NCBI RefSeq assembly: GCF_963676685.1
Contig: NC_092346.1
Location: forward strand, 44,702,001 to 44,766,000
Length of the DNA: 64,000 nucleotides
Reading direction: 5' to 3'
DNA from: Mytilus edulis
Lineage: Eukaryota
Shown: positions 11,001 to 22,519 of the stretch, piece by piece
Numbering within the stretch: position 1 is the first letter of the stretch
Layout of the letters: each line of letters begins with the position of its first letter
Notes under the pieces: generated by a model
Told to the model about the DNA's origin: nothing
Databases searched by the model: none
What the model saw: the letters and a program-made list of their open reading frames with translations, nothing else
Translations under genes and position numbers: made by a program

Positions 11001-12269
11001 GAGTTTTTCTCTTTCAAAGACATTACAAATCACGGAATATATAGAGAAAATTAATCATGATATGTAATAGTACAAGCATAAAGTTTCTGATCATAGACCT
11101 TCTGAGAGACAAGTAGACAATGTATTTAAAATCATACAAAATCCCTGTTTGTTTATATCAAACACAGATATATAAAGCAATGCACAAATATAAGAATGAC
11201 AAAAGAAAATATATAATTCTATATTGAAAGACAAGAAAACAAAATGCGTAAATGAAAGCAATATGTACATTTAGATGATATTTGAGTTCGGATGTGAAAT
11301 TATCATTTTTAAAGAATATATTAATTTTTTTTTAAATCTTTCCTTTATTTTGCAACATTTAAAATTCACAGATGAAAACAAAAAGAGAAATATTATAAAA
11401 AATAAAAATAACATCGAATTTGATAAACCAGAAGAAGAAAAATACCAAAGTACGACTGGAAATGATTATGTATCAACTGAGAGTTCTGGTTCATGGGAGC
11501 ATCAATGTAAATGATATTGAATGCACAATGAAGTCATTGGTTCATTTCAAATGATCAAATATCCAATATAAAGTCAGATCCATCTCTTGCAGTCAGTATA
11601 CCAGGAAATTGTGTGTTATATAATGGGAAATTGGTCATATCAGATGAAGGTGGAGACAAAACATCTGATGATGACTCACTTATCAACATGCCAGGAGAAG
11701 AACTGACAAAATTGAAAACTTCAATCCAGAATAAAATAAGCCAAAGTGAAAGTAACAAATCCTTTTACCAAGCACACGTGCACTTGCTAAAACCGTCGCT
11801 ATCTTTGTTAGCCCCAGGTTCTATACAACGTCCAGGGCTGTTGGCACCACTTCTCCCTATTCAGGAAAATGTTCATGAAAAACTTCAACAGAATATATCA
11901 GTAAAGAAAAGGTAAAAAAAAGAAGAAAAAGATAAAAAATAATATAAAGAAGGGAACCTTGCAATGGCCAACACCAAATCAAGCTACAACAGATCCACAC
12001 TGTGATTCTAGTGCAGGTTCTATTTCTATGCCGTCGTTTGAACTTGCAGAGGATTTGGCATTGAAAAGCACCAAAGATTTAAGTGGGTCGAAAACAAACG
12101 TTAACCTTGATTTTAAAGACCCCCTGTCAAGTATATCCATACAGTCCCGCAAACAAGTCAAATTTAAGGAAGACGAAGAAGAATTTTTTTTATAGATTCC
12201 TTCAAAAGTGCAGACGAAGAATCAGCAGAGAGTTTTATTAATAGTGACATTGTTTCAGAAAGGTCATTT

Positions 12270-12480
12270 CTTTTCTACCTCAGGCATAGATTACCTTAGC
12301 TGTATTTGGCAACACTTTTAGGAATTTTGGATCTCAATGCTCTTAAACTTCGTACTTTATATGGCTCTTTTTTTTTTTTTTTTTTTGGGATTCGAGCGTC
12401 ACTGATGAGTCTTTTGTAGAAAAAACGCGCGTCTGGCGTATATATAAAATTTAGTCCTGGTATCTATGATGAGTTTATTT
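12270..12480 (+). repeat. Family 2 hammerhead-bearing repeat with mutated core
   Basis: GCGTCA CTGATGA GTCT tttgt AGAA AAAA CGCGCG TC TGGCGT at 12396-12439, with CG of AGAC-GAAA changed to AA. The upstream flank is homologous to 20700-20809 (minus). Confidence 0.8.
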
Positions 12481-13690
12481 TCAATCTTCACACGAAGTTT
12501 CTATATCACGGAGAAACTTCCGTGAAGATATGAATAGAAAGATGAACGAATAGTTTAGTATAGATTCATACGAAAGTTCCGACTCAGGTTAACTTATTGT
12601 ATTTTAATGTTATACATGTACAAGGAAACAAGTTTTTGTATTTTTTTTAAGGTTAATGTTCATATTTTTTTCCCAAAGTGTTATCCATCCTAACGATCAT
12701 TTTAGCATTGGTTCGTTAAAAAAATTCGGATAATTTATTTTGTTTCAATGATATGCCAGAAAACAAGTATATGCATTTAGTTTTTAGCGTTATGTACATA
12801 TCGATATATAAAACAAATGTCGAATTTATTTTTAATTATTTTTTGTCTATATTGTTTGGGTTTTTTTTATGTAATAAAAAGTTGCTATAAACTTTACTTC
12901 CAAAGTGTTATCCATACTTAAACTAATGAAAGATCATAAAGGTATTTACTCAACGAAATGAATTATTCAAATGTGCATTTAAATTAGTGTTGTCAAATCG
13001 TACACTTTTGCCTAACCAGTTACTCGTATAATCGTTCGACCGATTAACCGGTTAACCGGTAGTTTAATTTAATGTTTGAAGGCCTTATCAATAGTACCCT
13101 ACACATCGATATAAGAAGATGTGGTATGAGTGTCAATCTGACTACATTCCATCCAGGTCATACATTTACGTTTTATAATACGTTGATTTGAAGTTTGGCC
13201 TTTGGTTTTATAAGGCTTGTCTGTGAAGATTCCTGTCGAAGTTTGAATTTTAATAATCAAATTCACGGTATCAACTATGGCGTTTGTACTTACTTCAAAT
13301 TGAAAACTAAAAAACCCAAACGTCTTGATCTCGTAGAATTGAATATGTCTAAAACCGATGATTCTTCCATTTTGTCTTGTTGTCTCCGAAAATAATGTGA
13401 GGTGTTTCAATTAAAATTGATTAATCCTGATATTCGTATCATCAAGTATACATTGATTACATTCACGTTGATTTGCTTTTTTACAGTTTTTGAGTTAGCA
13501 TTTAGTTTAAAGTATGACAAAGACTTGCACGACGGAGATTGCACATTCTACATAATATAAGATCAAAAATGAAATAATGAAGTAAATCGTAAAATTTAAT
13601 CGTATTACTGATTAAAAATTACTGTTAAAAAAACATAAAACTAATTATGTTTCCTTAAGATCTTGCCCCGAGCTGAGAGACAAGTTCTAA

Positions 13691-14435
13691 GGGCGCACTA
13701 CGTTTGCGCGCATTTGGGGATTAAAATATTTTACGTTTGCGCGCAGCTTTTGATTACATTTGCGCGCATTCATTTTACAGGTAATCTCAGGTAAAAATAA
13801 TAAATCATATATATTAACACAATGATAAAATTATAAATGACTATACTTTATTGGTATTTTAATAATAAATATGACTATCAATTATTAATTTTGAAAAAAG
13901 TTTGTTAATTCAAATTATATATTGTTCATATTGAATTCTAAAAACAATTTAAAACCCCGATATATATATATATATCTTAAGTTCAAATGATAAATGGGCT
14001 ATATCACAGATTTCTTAAACTTTTGTCTACACCTTTGACTTGTTGAACTGTATATGAAAATCGGAGAAAAATATGCGGCTTTATCTCCTTTTTCCCTGCC
14101 TAAGAAGAGACTTAGGCTAACTGAAGGGGTACTGATAATTGTAAATAATTGAACAAATTGATAAATAAATATTAAGTATTATAACCTGTATTTTCCCTAA
14201 AATATTATTGATTGAATTCTTTCAAAATAGGTGCCTTAGGAGACTTAGACTAACGGAAGGGGTACTGATACTTGTAAATAATTGAACAAATTAATAAATA
14301 ATAAAGTATTATGACCTGTATTTACCCGAGTTTACCTGTCAAAAAAATGCGCGCAAATGTAAGCAAAAGCTGCGCGCAAACGTAATGATTTTTACGCCCA
14401 AATGTAATGGTAATGCGCGCAAACGTAATGCACCG
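13691..14435. mobile_element. MITE with ~100-bp imperfect TIRs rich in TTTGCGCGCA
   Basis: Inverted arms 13691-~13795 and ~14320-14435, direct repeat AGTTCTAA on both flanks, internal ~130-bp duplication (~14105-14330). Confidence 0.8.
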
Positions 14436-14635
14436 AGTTCTAATTAATTTTATATTTTTGGATTAACAATACTTATCGATATACTGGACAATTGATCCGT
14501 CAAATTGATTACCTGATGACGACAATTTTTAAAGAAAACACAACTATTTAATGATTTCAATACAAATTTATATCAAATCTATTAGAATAAAAAATAAAAA
14601 GTCTACTGTTGCCTTTATTAATAGATCTTTTATAT

Positions 14636-15238
14636 CTGGGCGTCACTATTGAGTCTTGTGTGGACTAGACGCGTTTTTGGCGTATTGAATTTTAAACCTG
14701 ATGCTTTTTGTTATCTATTAATCATGCTTTTCTTTGTCTAATATGGTCTCCTTTTTATTTGTATTGTAGTCCTGTAATATTATGTTGTCATTTCAATGTT
14801 ATATTTAACTTTGCCATTAAAGTGCGAGGTTTGGCATGCCATAAAACCAGGTTCAACCCACCACTTTTATTCCCCTTTAAAAGTGTCCTGTACCAAGTCA
14901 GGAAGATGGCCATTGTTATAATATTGTTCGTTTCTGTGTGTGTGTTGCATTTTAACGTTGAGTCGTTTGTGTTTTCTCTTATTTTTTAGATAAGACGTGG
15001 CACGGTACTTGTGTATCCCAAATTCATGTCTTTGGTTTTGATGTTATATTTGTTATTCTCGTGGTGTTTTGTCTATTGCTTGGTCCGTTTCTGTGTGTGT
15101 TGCGTTTCGGTGTTGTGTCGTTGTTCTCCTCTTATATTTAATGCGTTTCCCTCGGTTTTAGTTTGTTACCCCGATTTTGTTTTTTGTCCATGGATTTATG
15201 AGTTTTGAACAGCGGTATACTACTGTTGCCTTTATTTA
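14636..15238 (+). repeat. Interspersed repeat R2 headed by a degenerate family 2 hammerhead
   Basis: GGCGTCACTATTGAGTCTTGTGTGGACTAGACGCGTTTTTGGCGT is a decayed hammerhead. It is followed by the common GAGGTTT..ATAAAACCAGGTTCAACCCACC module (also ~4450, ~38185, ~46487) and ends CTACTGTTGCCTTTATT. Confidence 0.65.
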
Positions 15239-16716
15239 TAGCGTTTTTGGTATTCGGTATTCGGTCGTTCGAACGGTTAACCGGTTAAACGGTTAACCGT
15301 TGACAACACTAATTTAAATGCATGTATTTAGGAGTTGGGTATTTAACAAAGATGTTTTACTTATAAATATGGAGATATGTTATAAGGCAAACGACATGGA
15401 TACAAGCATAATTATGTAGGTCAGCGTACAACCTTCAACATTTGGAAAAATCCATACATTATTAATCACGATACTTCTACGACCAGTAGCAAAAGTTATA
15501 CAAAAACAACATTTATAAGATAAATATTTGAAGGAGGCTGAATCTGAAGAACCTTCGAGACTAAATATAAGTCCCAAGATGGAACCAAACGCATTTTGAC
15601 GATCTCATTATCACCAAAATCTGAGCATCCTGAAAGACATATAGTTCCAACTATGATTCATAGTCAGAACTATATGTCTTTCAGCTGACATAGTATGACA
15701 GATCTATATCCCTTTATAGAAGACAAGAGTGTAACTTTTTTTTAAATCCGCTGACTGTTGCACAGTAACTGAGAGATAATCAACATGTTACGGCTGACAC
15801 TAAGAACAGAAAATTGACTATTTGGAGTCACAAACTGCTCCTGTAGATTGCCTGATTGATCTTGTGATACCCTTGGTTGCTCTTTTATAAACGTCTCTCT
15901 TCCCTTTACACAGAAAAGTAGATCGTCATTAGCAGATTAGAGGAAGTCGAAACAATTTTGCACAACACACAATAATAGTTTTTGGAACCAACATTGCTTT
16001 GGTCAGGCTAGAGCAATAAGCATGGTCTTAAAAATATCACTCTGAATTGTGTGCAAGATATTGGGGGGGGAGGGGGGAGACGAAAGGGCCGGAACATGTA
16101 AATAAACATTCCCTTTCTATTCAAGCCGTTTCGCCTAGAAAGGGGGAACATTAGTCTCCAAATTGTGATTCAAACTGGTGGCAAAAAGATCTATATGATG
16201 ACGATCCCAATGAAGAATGGTCTTCTGAATTGACAAATTTCCATTCTGGGTTCACTGGAACAGGCGAACGGGAAAGAGGAAGAAGATTGGTGTGTTCCTT
16301 CAAGTGAGCACCTGACCAAACACCTCAGGCTATTCTGCTCACCAGATAAACTCCCCGACCAATCAAGCTCACATCTGTGAACAGAGATAGACTGATGATC
16401 CAACAAAACTCTTCAGAAGCCACTACTTAAGATGAGGTAACAACTGATGAATAATTATAACAGGTGTATCTCACAACTGAGAAATTAGGTGCCAACACTC
16501 CGACAGATGGACGAATGTGTAGACATCGTAGTGGAATGGCGTCCATTACTCAAATCAAGAAACCCACCAGCTGAAGTAATTAAGGAGCTGTGATAGTTGA
16601 TAACTGTATCAGAGCACTGATTAACTGATTAGCTGACTTAAAATGTTCCCCATGTCTGCAAAATGAGTCTCAAGAAATGACAAAAAATGGGATGTAAAAA
16701 TAAGCGTCCATCAATA

Positions 16717-19700
16717 CAGAGATAGGTTCAATTACTTTCAATGTAATTGATTAAATTACAATTACTTTGTCATTTGTACTATTAAATTAAATTAATGATT
16801 ACATCATTTCTGAAAGTGTCTGATTAAATTAATGATAACATTGGCAAAGTAATCATGATTACATCTGATTACAATGAATTTAAAAAAACAAAACATTTTG
16901 AACGAAGTGAATGAATAAACGTTTAATATACTATAGCATTTTTAGAAAGGACTATGTTTCATATATTATAAAATGATAACTTTTAACTTCATCTATTTAA
17001 TAACGCACAAAAGTTCACTACATACATGAACATTGTGTCACGGGTTTTAATCCATTACACTTTGTCATCCTTGATCTCTGAATTATTCTAACGGCAATTG
17101 AATAAAACTTTATAAAGAGTTTGCTCTTTGTCTTCTTATCTCTTTCAGACTTATATGAATTTCAAGGTGCAGTTTATGGAAGCTGAAATATGGATGAAAT
17201 AAAGTTACCAGTAAAAATCTATGTAAAATTTCAATAAAATTGTTCTTTCAAATTGTAAACAAAATACAAGTACTAAACATCATTGCATTTTACATGTCCA
17301 GTCCAAATACATATAAAATTTTGCTTATTTTAAACAATATTTTACCAACTTATAATTTTGTTTGTGCTAATTATAGAATTTTTTGTCCTACAGCTATACT
17401 CAATTGGTAATTGCAAAAAAAACAAACCTTAATTAGTTTCCTACCTGTCAATTCAAAGTTGACAAAAATCACAATATTAACAAAAGATTATAATTCAGGG
17501 TTAAAGATAAGTATTACTAGAATATAACAGTTATTATCAAATAAATATATATATGTACATCATTAAATTGTCAATATATGTACAATATCTTTTACTAAGG
17601 CCAAAGACATAATTGTATTTATATGTCTCTTCTTAGGCTAATGCTGTAACAATTTTTTTTTACTGAAGTATACAAATTAATATACATGCTTTATTTTTTT
17701 TTATTGCATAAACGTTGTGCACGATGTTCCTACAACACGACGTTACACTAAAAATGCGGCGTCAAAGAGGGTTTTTGACTTCGATTAATTTTTGCAAGTT
17801 TTATTCGGGTTTTTATATGTTGTTGGTTGATTCTGTTTCTGTGTTTTTTGTGATATCATTTTATCATAAATTACCTCAAGTTGTGGAAATCAATTTAGTA
17901 ATGTTTACCCTTTAAGTTATTTCATCTATAAATGCATTTACTGTCGCAAGTAATGTAGGATTGATTGATTGATTGTTGGTTTCTTTACTCCGCATTAGCA
18001 CAAAAAGGCTATATATCGCGGCGAGTAATGTAGGAAGGAAAATGTGACGGAAGTACATGTACATACGGTTTTCCATAAATAATTTTTTTTTAGATGTGCA
18101 AAACTTTTATCATAGGATGTTTAACTTTCATGTATATCATGTCATTGTAAAATTTCTATATCTTAATTCAACCCAAATACAAATATATCTGACAGTCTGC
18201 AAGTAAATCGAAACATTTTTACCCTTGGTTAATTTGAATAGCATTGTATTTTCCCTAGCACGTAATTTGTCGAAATACACCCCTTCAATTACTTGAACCT
18301 TGGCTCGAGAATTATTTCCCAAGTCATCTAAAGTTGCTTGCTTAAATTGTTTTACTTCTGATATACATTTTAAAAGATAGAAGTCTACTCCTGAATATTG
18401 TCCGTAAAAACGGATAATATAATCCCGGGTTTTATTAATTCAATGAAACGGTTTTCGTCGCTGTTTGGAATTAGTCTTTCAATTACATCCATTTTATGCA
18501 CAAGTTTATATTGACGAAAAGTTCCGGGTTCGCTAGTACGGGAATTACTTTCTTTCATCACGACAGTTATCACATGAATAGCAGGACAAATTGCGAAGTA
18601 AAACATTCCTTGAACTTGTATTAAGTCTTCAAATATTGGTGAATGCACCTTACTGAAGTGACGACTTTAAATGATTTATTTCGTAGTACTTTCGCAACAT
18701 AAATTAAAATTCGAATTTAACATTTAGAGGACTGTCTTGGTGTCTCCAATTTGTCTTTGCAAAAGTTGAACGAAGTTCATGTAATGAGATTTTTTTCCCT
18801 TTTACCATTCTTTTAAATAAATCGTTAAAAGCTATAAACGATTAATAAAAATTACAAAATTTAACCTGTGTCAAATCTATGTCTCGGCCAGAGTCTATAG
18901 CAACATGCACTATTCTTTTTTTTCGGCAGCCATAAACATCTTTTTTCCAAATTTCACCACACGATTTGTGTTAATTATCATGAACATTTAATTCAAACTT
19001 TTGCACATGTACGTTGGAAATGAGCGTTTTTCGGATTTTTCGACGTTTTCAGACGTTTGGACAAAATGGCTACCGTTTTGTAATGTGTTGAAGAATTTTA
19101 TTCCTTAAAGACCCAAATATGTAGTTTATAAGGAAAGAATCTTGGCATGTTGTACTCTTCGTGTATCTAACTTTTGATTTGATCAATTATAAATAACTTA
19201 TTGGAATGTCAGTTAAAAAATACGCGTAAACTACTTTGAAAAATGAAATATCAACTTGGACAAAATGGCTACCGCTTGAAAAACGACTGTGTAGAGAAGA
19301 ATTTATAAAATCTGCAATATTTGAATTCACGAACAATGAGGCAAATATTTGTACTTTTGGTAGATGATATTTTTTTCTTACTCTTTTTATTCGTTTTCCG
19401 CTATATCTACTTTTAAAATTCACTTTCAGTCGTTAAGTTCCCGAAAAACGTCGTTGGACATTTTTCTTATTCTTGCTTAATATGCAGCCACCGACTCAAA
19501 TGAAATTTGGCAAAATAACGGCTTTAACGACACAAAGAACCGACACATGTCGTTGTTCATGCCAAGTTTCCGGAAGATCAGAGAATAAAAAATAGGATCA
19601 CTATACATAAGAGTTAAACCAGTTTTTCATAAATGTAACGTTGGACATCCGTTTTTTTCACATAGCTTTGTTATTTTAATCCTCAAATATACTGGATATT

Positions 19701-20039
19701 ACTATATGATCAAGAGCTATAAAAACATAATTTAAAACATATATTGAATTTGTTTTAATAGTGGTTCGTGTTTGCTAACATTTTTATTTTGTTTTACGGA
19801 GGAAATTTGGAAGATTCTGTTTTAAATCCTAGGGGTTGTAGGAACAACGTGCGTAACGTTATTGTAATCAGAATGTAATCTAAAAGTAATCAGGATAACA
19901 GGGTGTTTTGAAAAGTAATTGATTAAATTAAATTACATGTAATCAGGTTTTTGGCTGATTAATGATTACAATGATTACTTGAAAAATTGTAATCAATTAC
20001 AGCTGATTAATGATTACAATTACAATTACCCCAAGTCTG
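16717..20039. mobile_element. Non-autonomous hAT-like element with GATTAC/GTAATC-rich subterminal arms
   Basis: CAGA...TCTG termini, inverted arrays of AATTAC/GTAATT motifs at both ends, flanks CCATCAATA / CCATCAAA (imperfect TSD). Its removal restores the DIRS RT motif. Confidence 0.75.
17711..19860. mobile_element. Nested DNA transposon remnant, superfamily unassigned
   Basis: Imperfect ~26-bp TIRs AACGTTGTGCACGATGTTCCTACAAC / GTTGTAGGAACAACGTGCGTAACGTT, with decayed coding fragments at 18137-18648 (-). Confidence 0.6.
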
Positions 20040-20656
20040 CCATCAAATCTAGAGAGATTGTCCCAATTCCTGAATTTAATGTCTACCTGATCGATCTGTT
20101 GGTTTCCATTTTGAAATGTGGGACCACAAGGTATCGATTGAGAACAGAAAGTCCTAGAACTGGTCTTAATTTTCTGTTCTTTTTGAGAATTAAGAGCAGC
20201 CGAGAATATTATCCATAGATAAAATGGTAGATTTACCTCCGCCAACACACCCTTCTGAAAAAGAATTTTCACTTCGTCTTGAAACACCTGATTCTTTTCA
20301 GAATCTTTTGTCATTAATAGATGGATTAGAGCAGAAGAAAGAGGAGGCTGTTCCAAAAAACCGATGATCCACTGGAAAATGAGGGAGAGGAGTACAATAA
20401 GTTCCCTCTTCCAGTGGGGATTGATTTAACGGGTGGAAAAATACACCACTTAACCTGCTCTTTACTCTTTACAACTTTGGACGAATTTGTAGACAATTTC
20501 TAGAAGATAGATGTTTTTCTTTAACTGCGAACCTGACCAAACAACTCCGGCTGTTCAGACGATGGAGAAAACATACATAAAAGCGAACTATTTTATAATA
20601 AAATCCATATTCCTGACTTTGTACAGTTATCAAAGGTACCAGGATTATAATTTAGT

Positions 20657-20700
20657 ACGCCAGACGCGCGTTTCGTCTACATAAGACTCATCAGTGACGC
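20657..20700 (-). ncRNA. Minimal type I hammerhead ribozyme, family 2 (intact core)
   Basis: The 44-nt motif is identical to 5743-5786 and lies within a repeat spanning ~20624-20809. Confidence 0.9.
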
Positions 20701-21014
20701 TCATTTCAAAATATTTATTAAGCCAAACAAGTACAAAGTTGAAGAGCATTGAGGATCCAAAATTCCAAAAAATTGTGCCAAATACGGCTAAGATAATCTA
20801 TGCCTGGGACATTTTAGGACAAAAATGATGGGTTGAACCTGATTTTATGGCAAGCAAAATCTCCCGCTTATATTGCATTCCCTGTCTGCATATAGAGTTT
20901 ATATAACTGCCTTATAAGATCTTATATAATGATAAAGGTTATTTTTTCATTCATATTATATTCTTTATTGTAGGATTATCCCAGAAAGAAATCACACATT
21001 GAAAGATGGTTGAA

Positions 21015-21480
21015 TATATAAAAAAGAAGATGTGGTATGATTGCCAATGAGACAACTCTCCACAAGAGACCAAAATGACACAGAAATTAACAACTAGAGG
21101 TCAGCGTACAGCCTTCAACAATGAGTAAAGCCCATACCACATAGTCAGCTATAAAAGGCCCCTAACTGACAATGTAAAACTAACGACCTAATTTATGTAC
21201 AAAAAAATGATCGAAAAACAAATATGTAACACATAAGAAAAAAACAACCACTGAATTACAGGCTCCAGACTTGAGACAGGCACAAACATACAAAGTGTGG
21301 CGGGGTTAAACATATGAGCGAGATCCCAACCCTCCCCCTAACCTGGGACAGTGGTATAACAGTAAAACATGATAAGAACAAACTATAAAACTCAGTTGAA
21401 AAAGGCTTAACTCATCAGATGGACAACAATACTAGTGGACGTGGCTGGGTACTTGTACATCCCAACAACAAAAAGACTGT
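21015..21480 (-). repeat. Repeat R1, long copy
   Basis: Reverse complement of 7221-7660. Confidence 0.85.
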
Positions 21481-22519
21481 AGGAACAGATCTAAAGTGTA
21501 CTGGACAAAGTGAAAAAAAATAATAGAATTTCATTGCCATATTGTCATGCTTGTCCCAGTATATGGATAAATAAATATGTATTTTGATATACATGTTTTT
21601 TTATATGCATCTCAAAGACTGGATTGCAGAAATTCAAAAACATGCTCAGTCTGGATGACAGTTCAATGAAAAAATATACACAAGTAACCACACATCTTGA
21701 TATATAAAATTTACGTTGGATGAGGTTCTGGGTGGGGGTTCTTTATTTACTAAAATTTCTATGCCATTTTTCTCTATTCTTTAAATTGCAACCCTAATTA
21801 TATTCTCTTCTCTATATTCTTTATTTGTCGGTCCATTTTTTTCTATTCTCTACATTTTTTTTGCCCCTGTAAACCCCCATCTACACCCTTTTTAATCCTA
21901 CCAGAAGTGCACCGACGATAATTGACAAGGTTTACTACAATAAACATGTATATTGGGTACTTAGCTGTGAAAATACCTTAAAAGTTTATTGCAATAAACA
22001 GAGCCTCGTGTATCTTGGGCACCCAGTTGTGAAACGAATTCATCTCCAATGCTATTGAGACTTCCTGTCTTCACAGGTAAAATATTTGTATATTAGATAC
22101 AATTAACGGACCTGTAGCAAAACAATGTACCTAACTGTAAGATGGATAAGATTAATCACATTTGCATTTTCATGAGTCGACGCATAATTAAAATCTATTA
22201 ACGCAGAATACAAAACTTTAAACTAATCAAAAATAAAATCTAGATATGAATAGTGATAACAAAATTTGAGTTAAAAATTATTTTCCTTTTCCACTAACTC
22301 AATTTTGTTTTTAATTTATTTTTAATAAGTTTATTTAAAAAAAAAACTGTTAAACCAGATGCTCCGCAGGGCGCAACTTTATACGACTGATGAGGTCGAA
22401 TCCTGAACAGTTGGGGCAAGTATGGACACAACATTCAAGCTTGATACAGATCTGAATTTGGATTGTGATTAAATAGTTGACACAGCATAGGTTTCTGACA
22501 CAGAATGAGTGTGGTTTAA

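Larger units (their letters stand above)
4152..12260 (+). pseudogene. Copy A of the uncharacterised acidic-protein gene (pseudogene)
   Basis: Exons 4152-4226, 5017-5108, 6068-6685, ~8274-8495, 8692-9670, 10214-10750 and 11372-~12260 align to copy B. Lesions: frameshift ~6322, frameshift and stop ~8430-8442, TGG>TGA at 8826-8828, further stops and frameshifts in the large exon and the last exon, exons 4-5 missing, exon 1 not found. Confidence 0.85.
12985..15311. mobile_element. Non-autonomous hAT-like element with nested insertions
   Basis: TIRs TAGTGTTGTCAA / TTGACAACACTA, perfect 8-bp TSD ATTTAAAT (12977-12984 and 15312-15319), subterminal AACCGGTT repeats, empty site in copy B near 45825. 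Confidence 0.85.
15520..20570 (-). mobile_element. Degenerate DIRS-like retrotransposon, split by the 16717-20039 insertion
   Basis: Minus-strand RT remnants EVKILFQKG, YSRLLLILKKNRKLRPVLGLSVLNRYLVVPHFKMET (~20100-20290). The motif SLDLM|DAYFYIP is rejoined across the insertion, and DAIPLRCLHIRP lies at ~16505-16545. Outer limits approximate. Confidence 0.7.

Noticed and set aside
22387-22410. CTGATGAGGTCGAA as a hammerhead core
   Set aside because: No stem II or III can form. The opposite MITE arm reads CCGCAGAGGTC at this position, so it is a chance variant.
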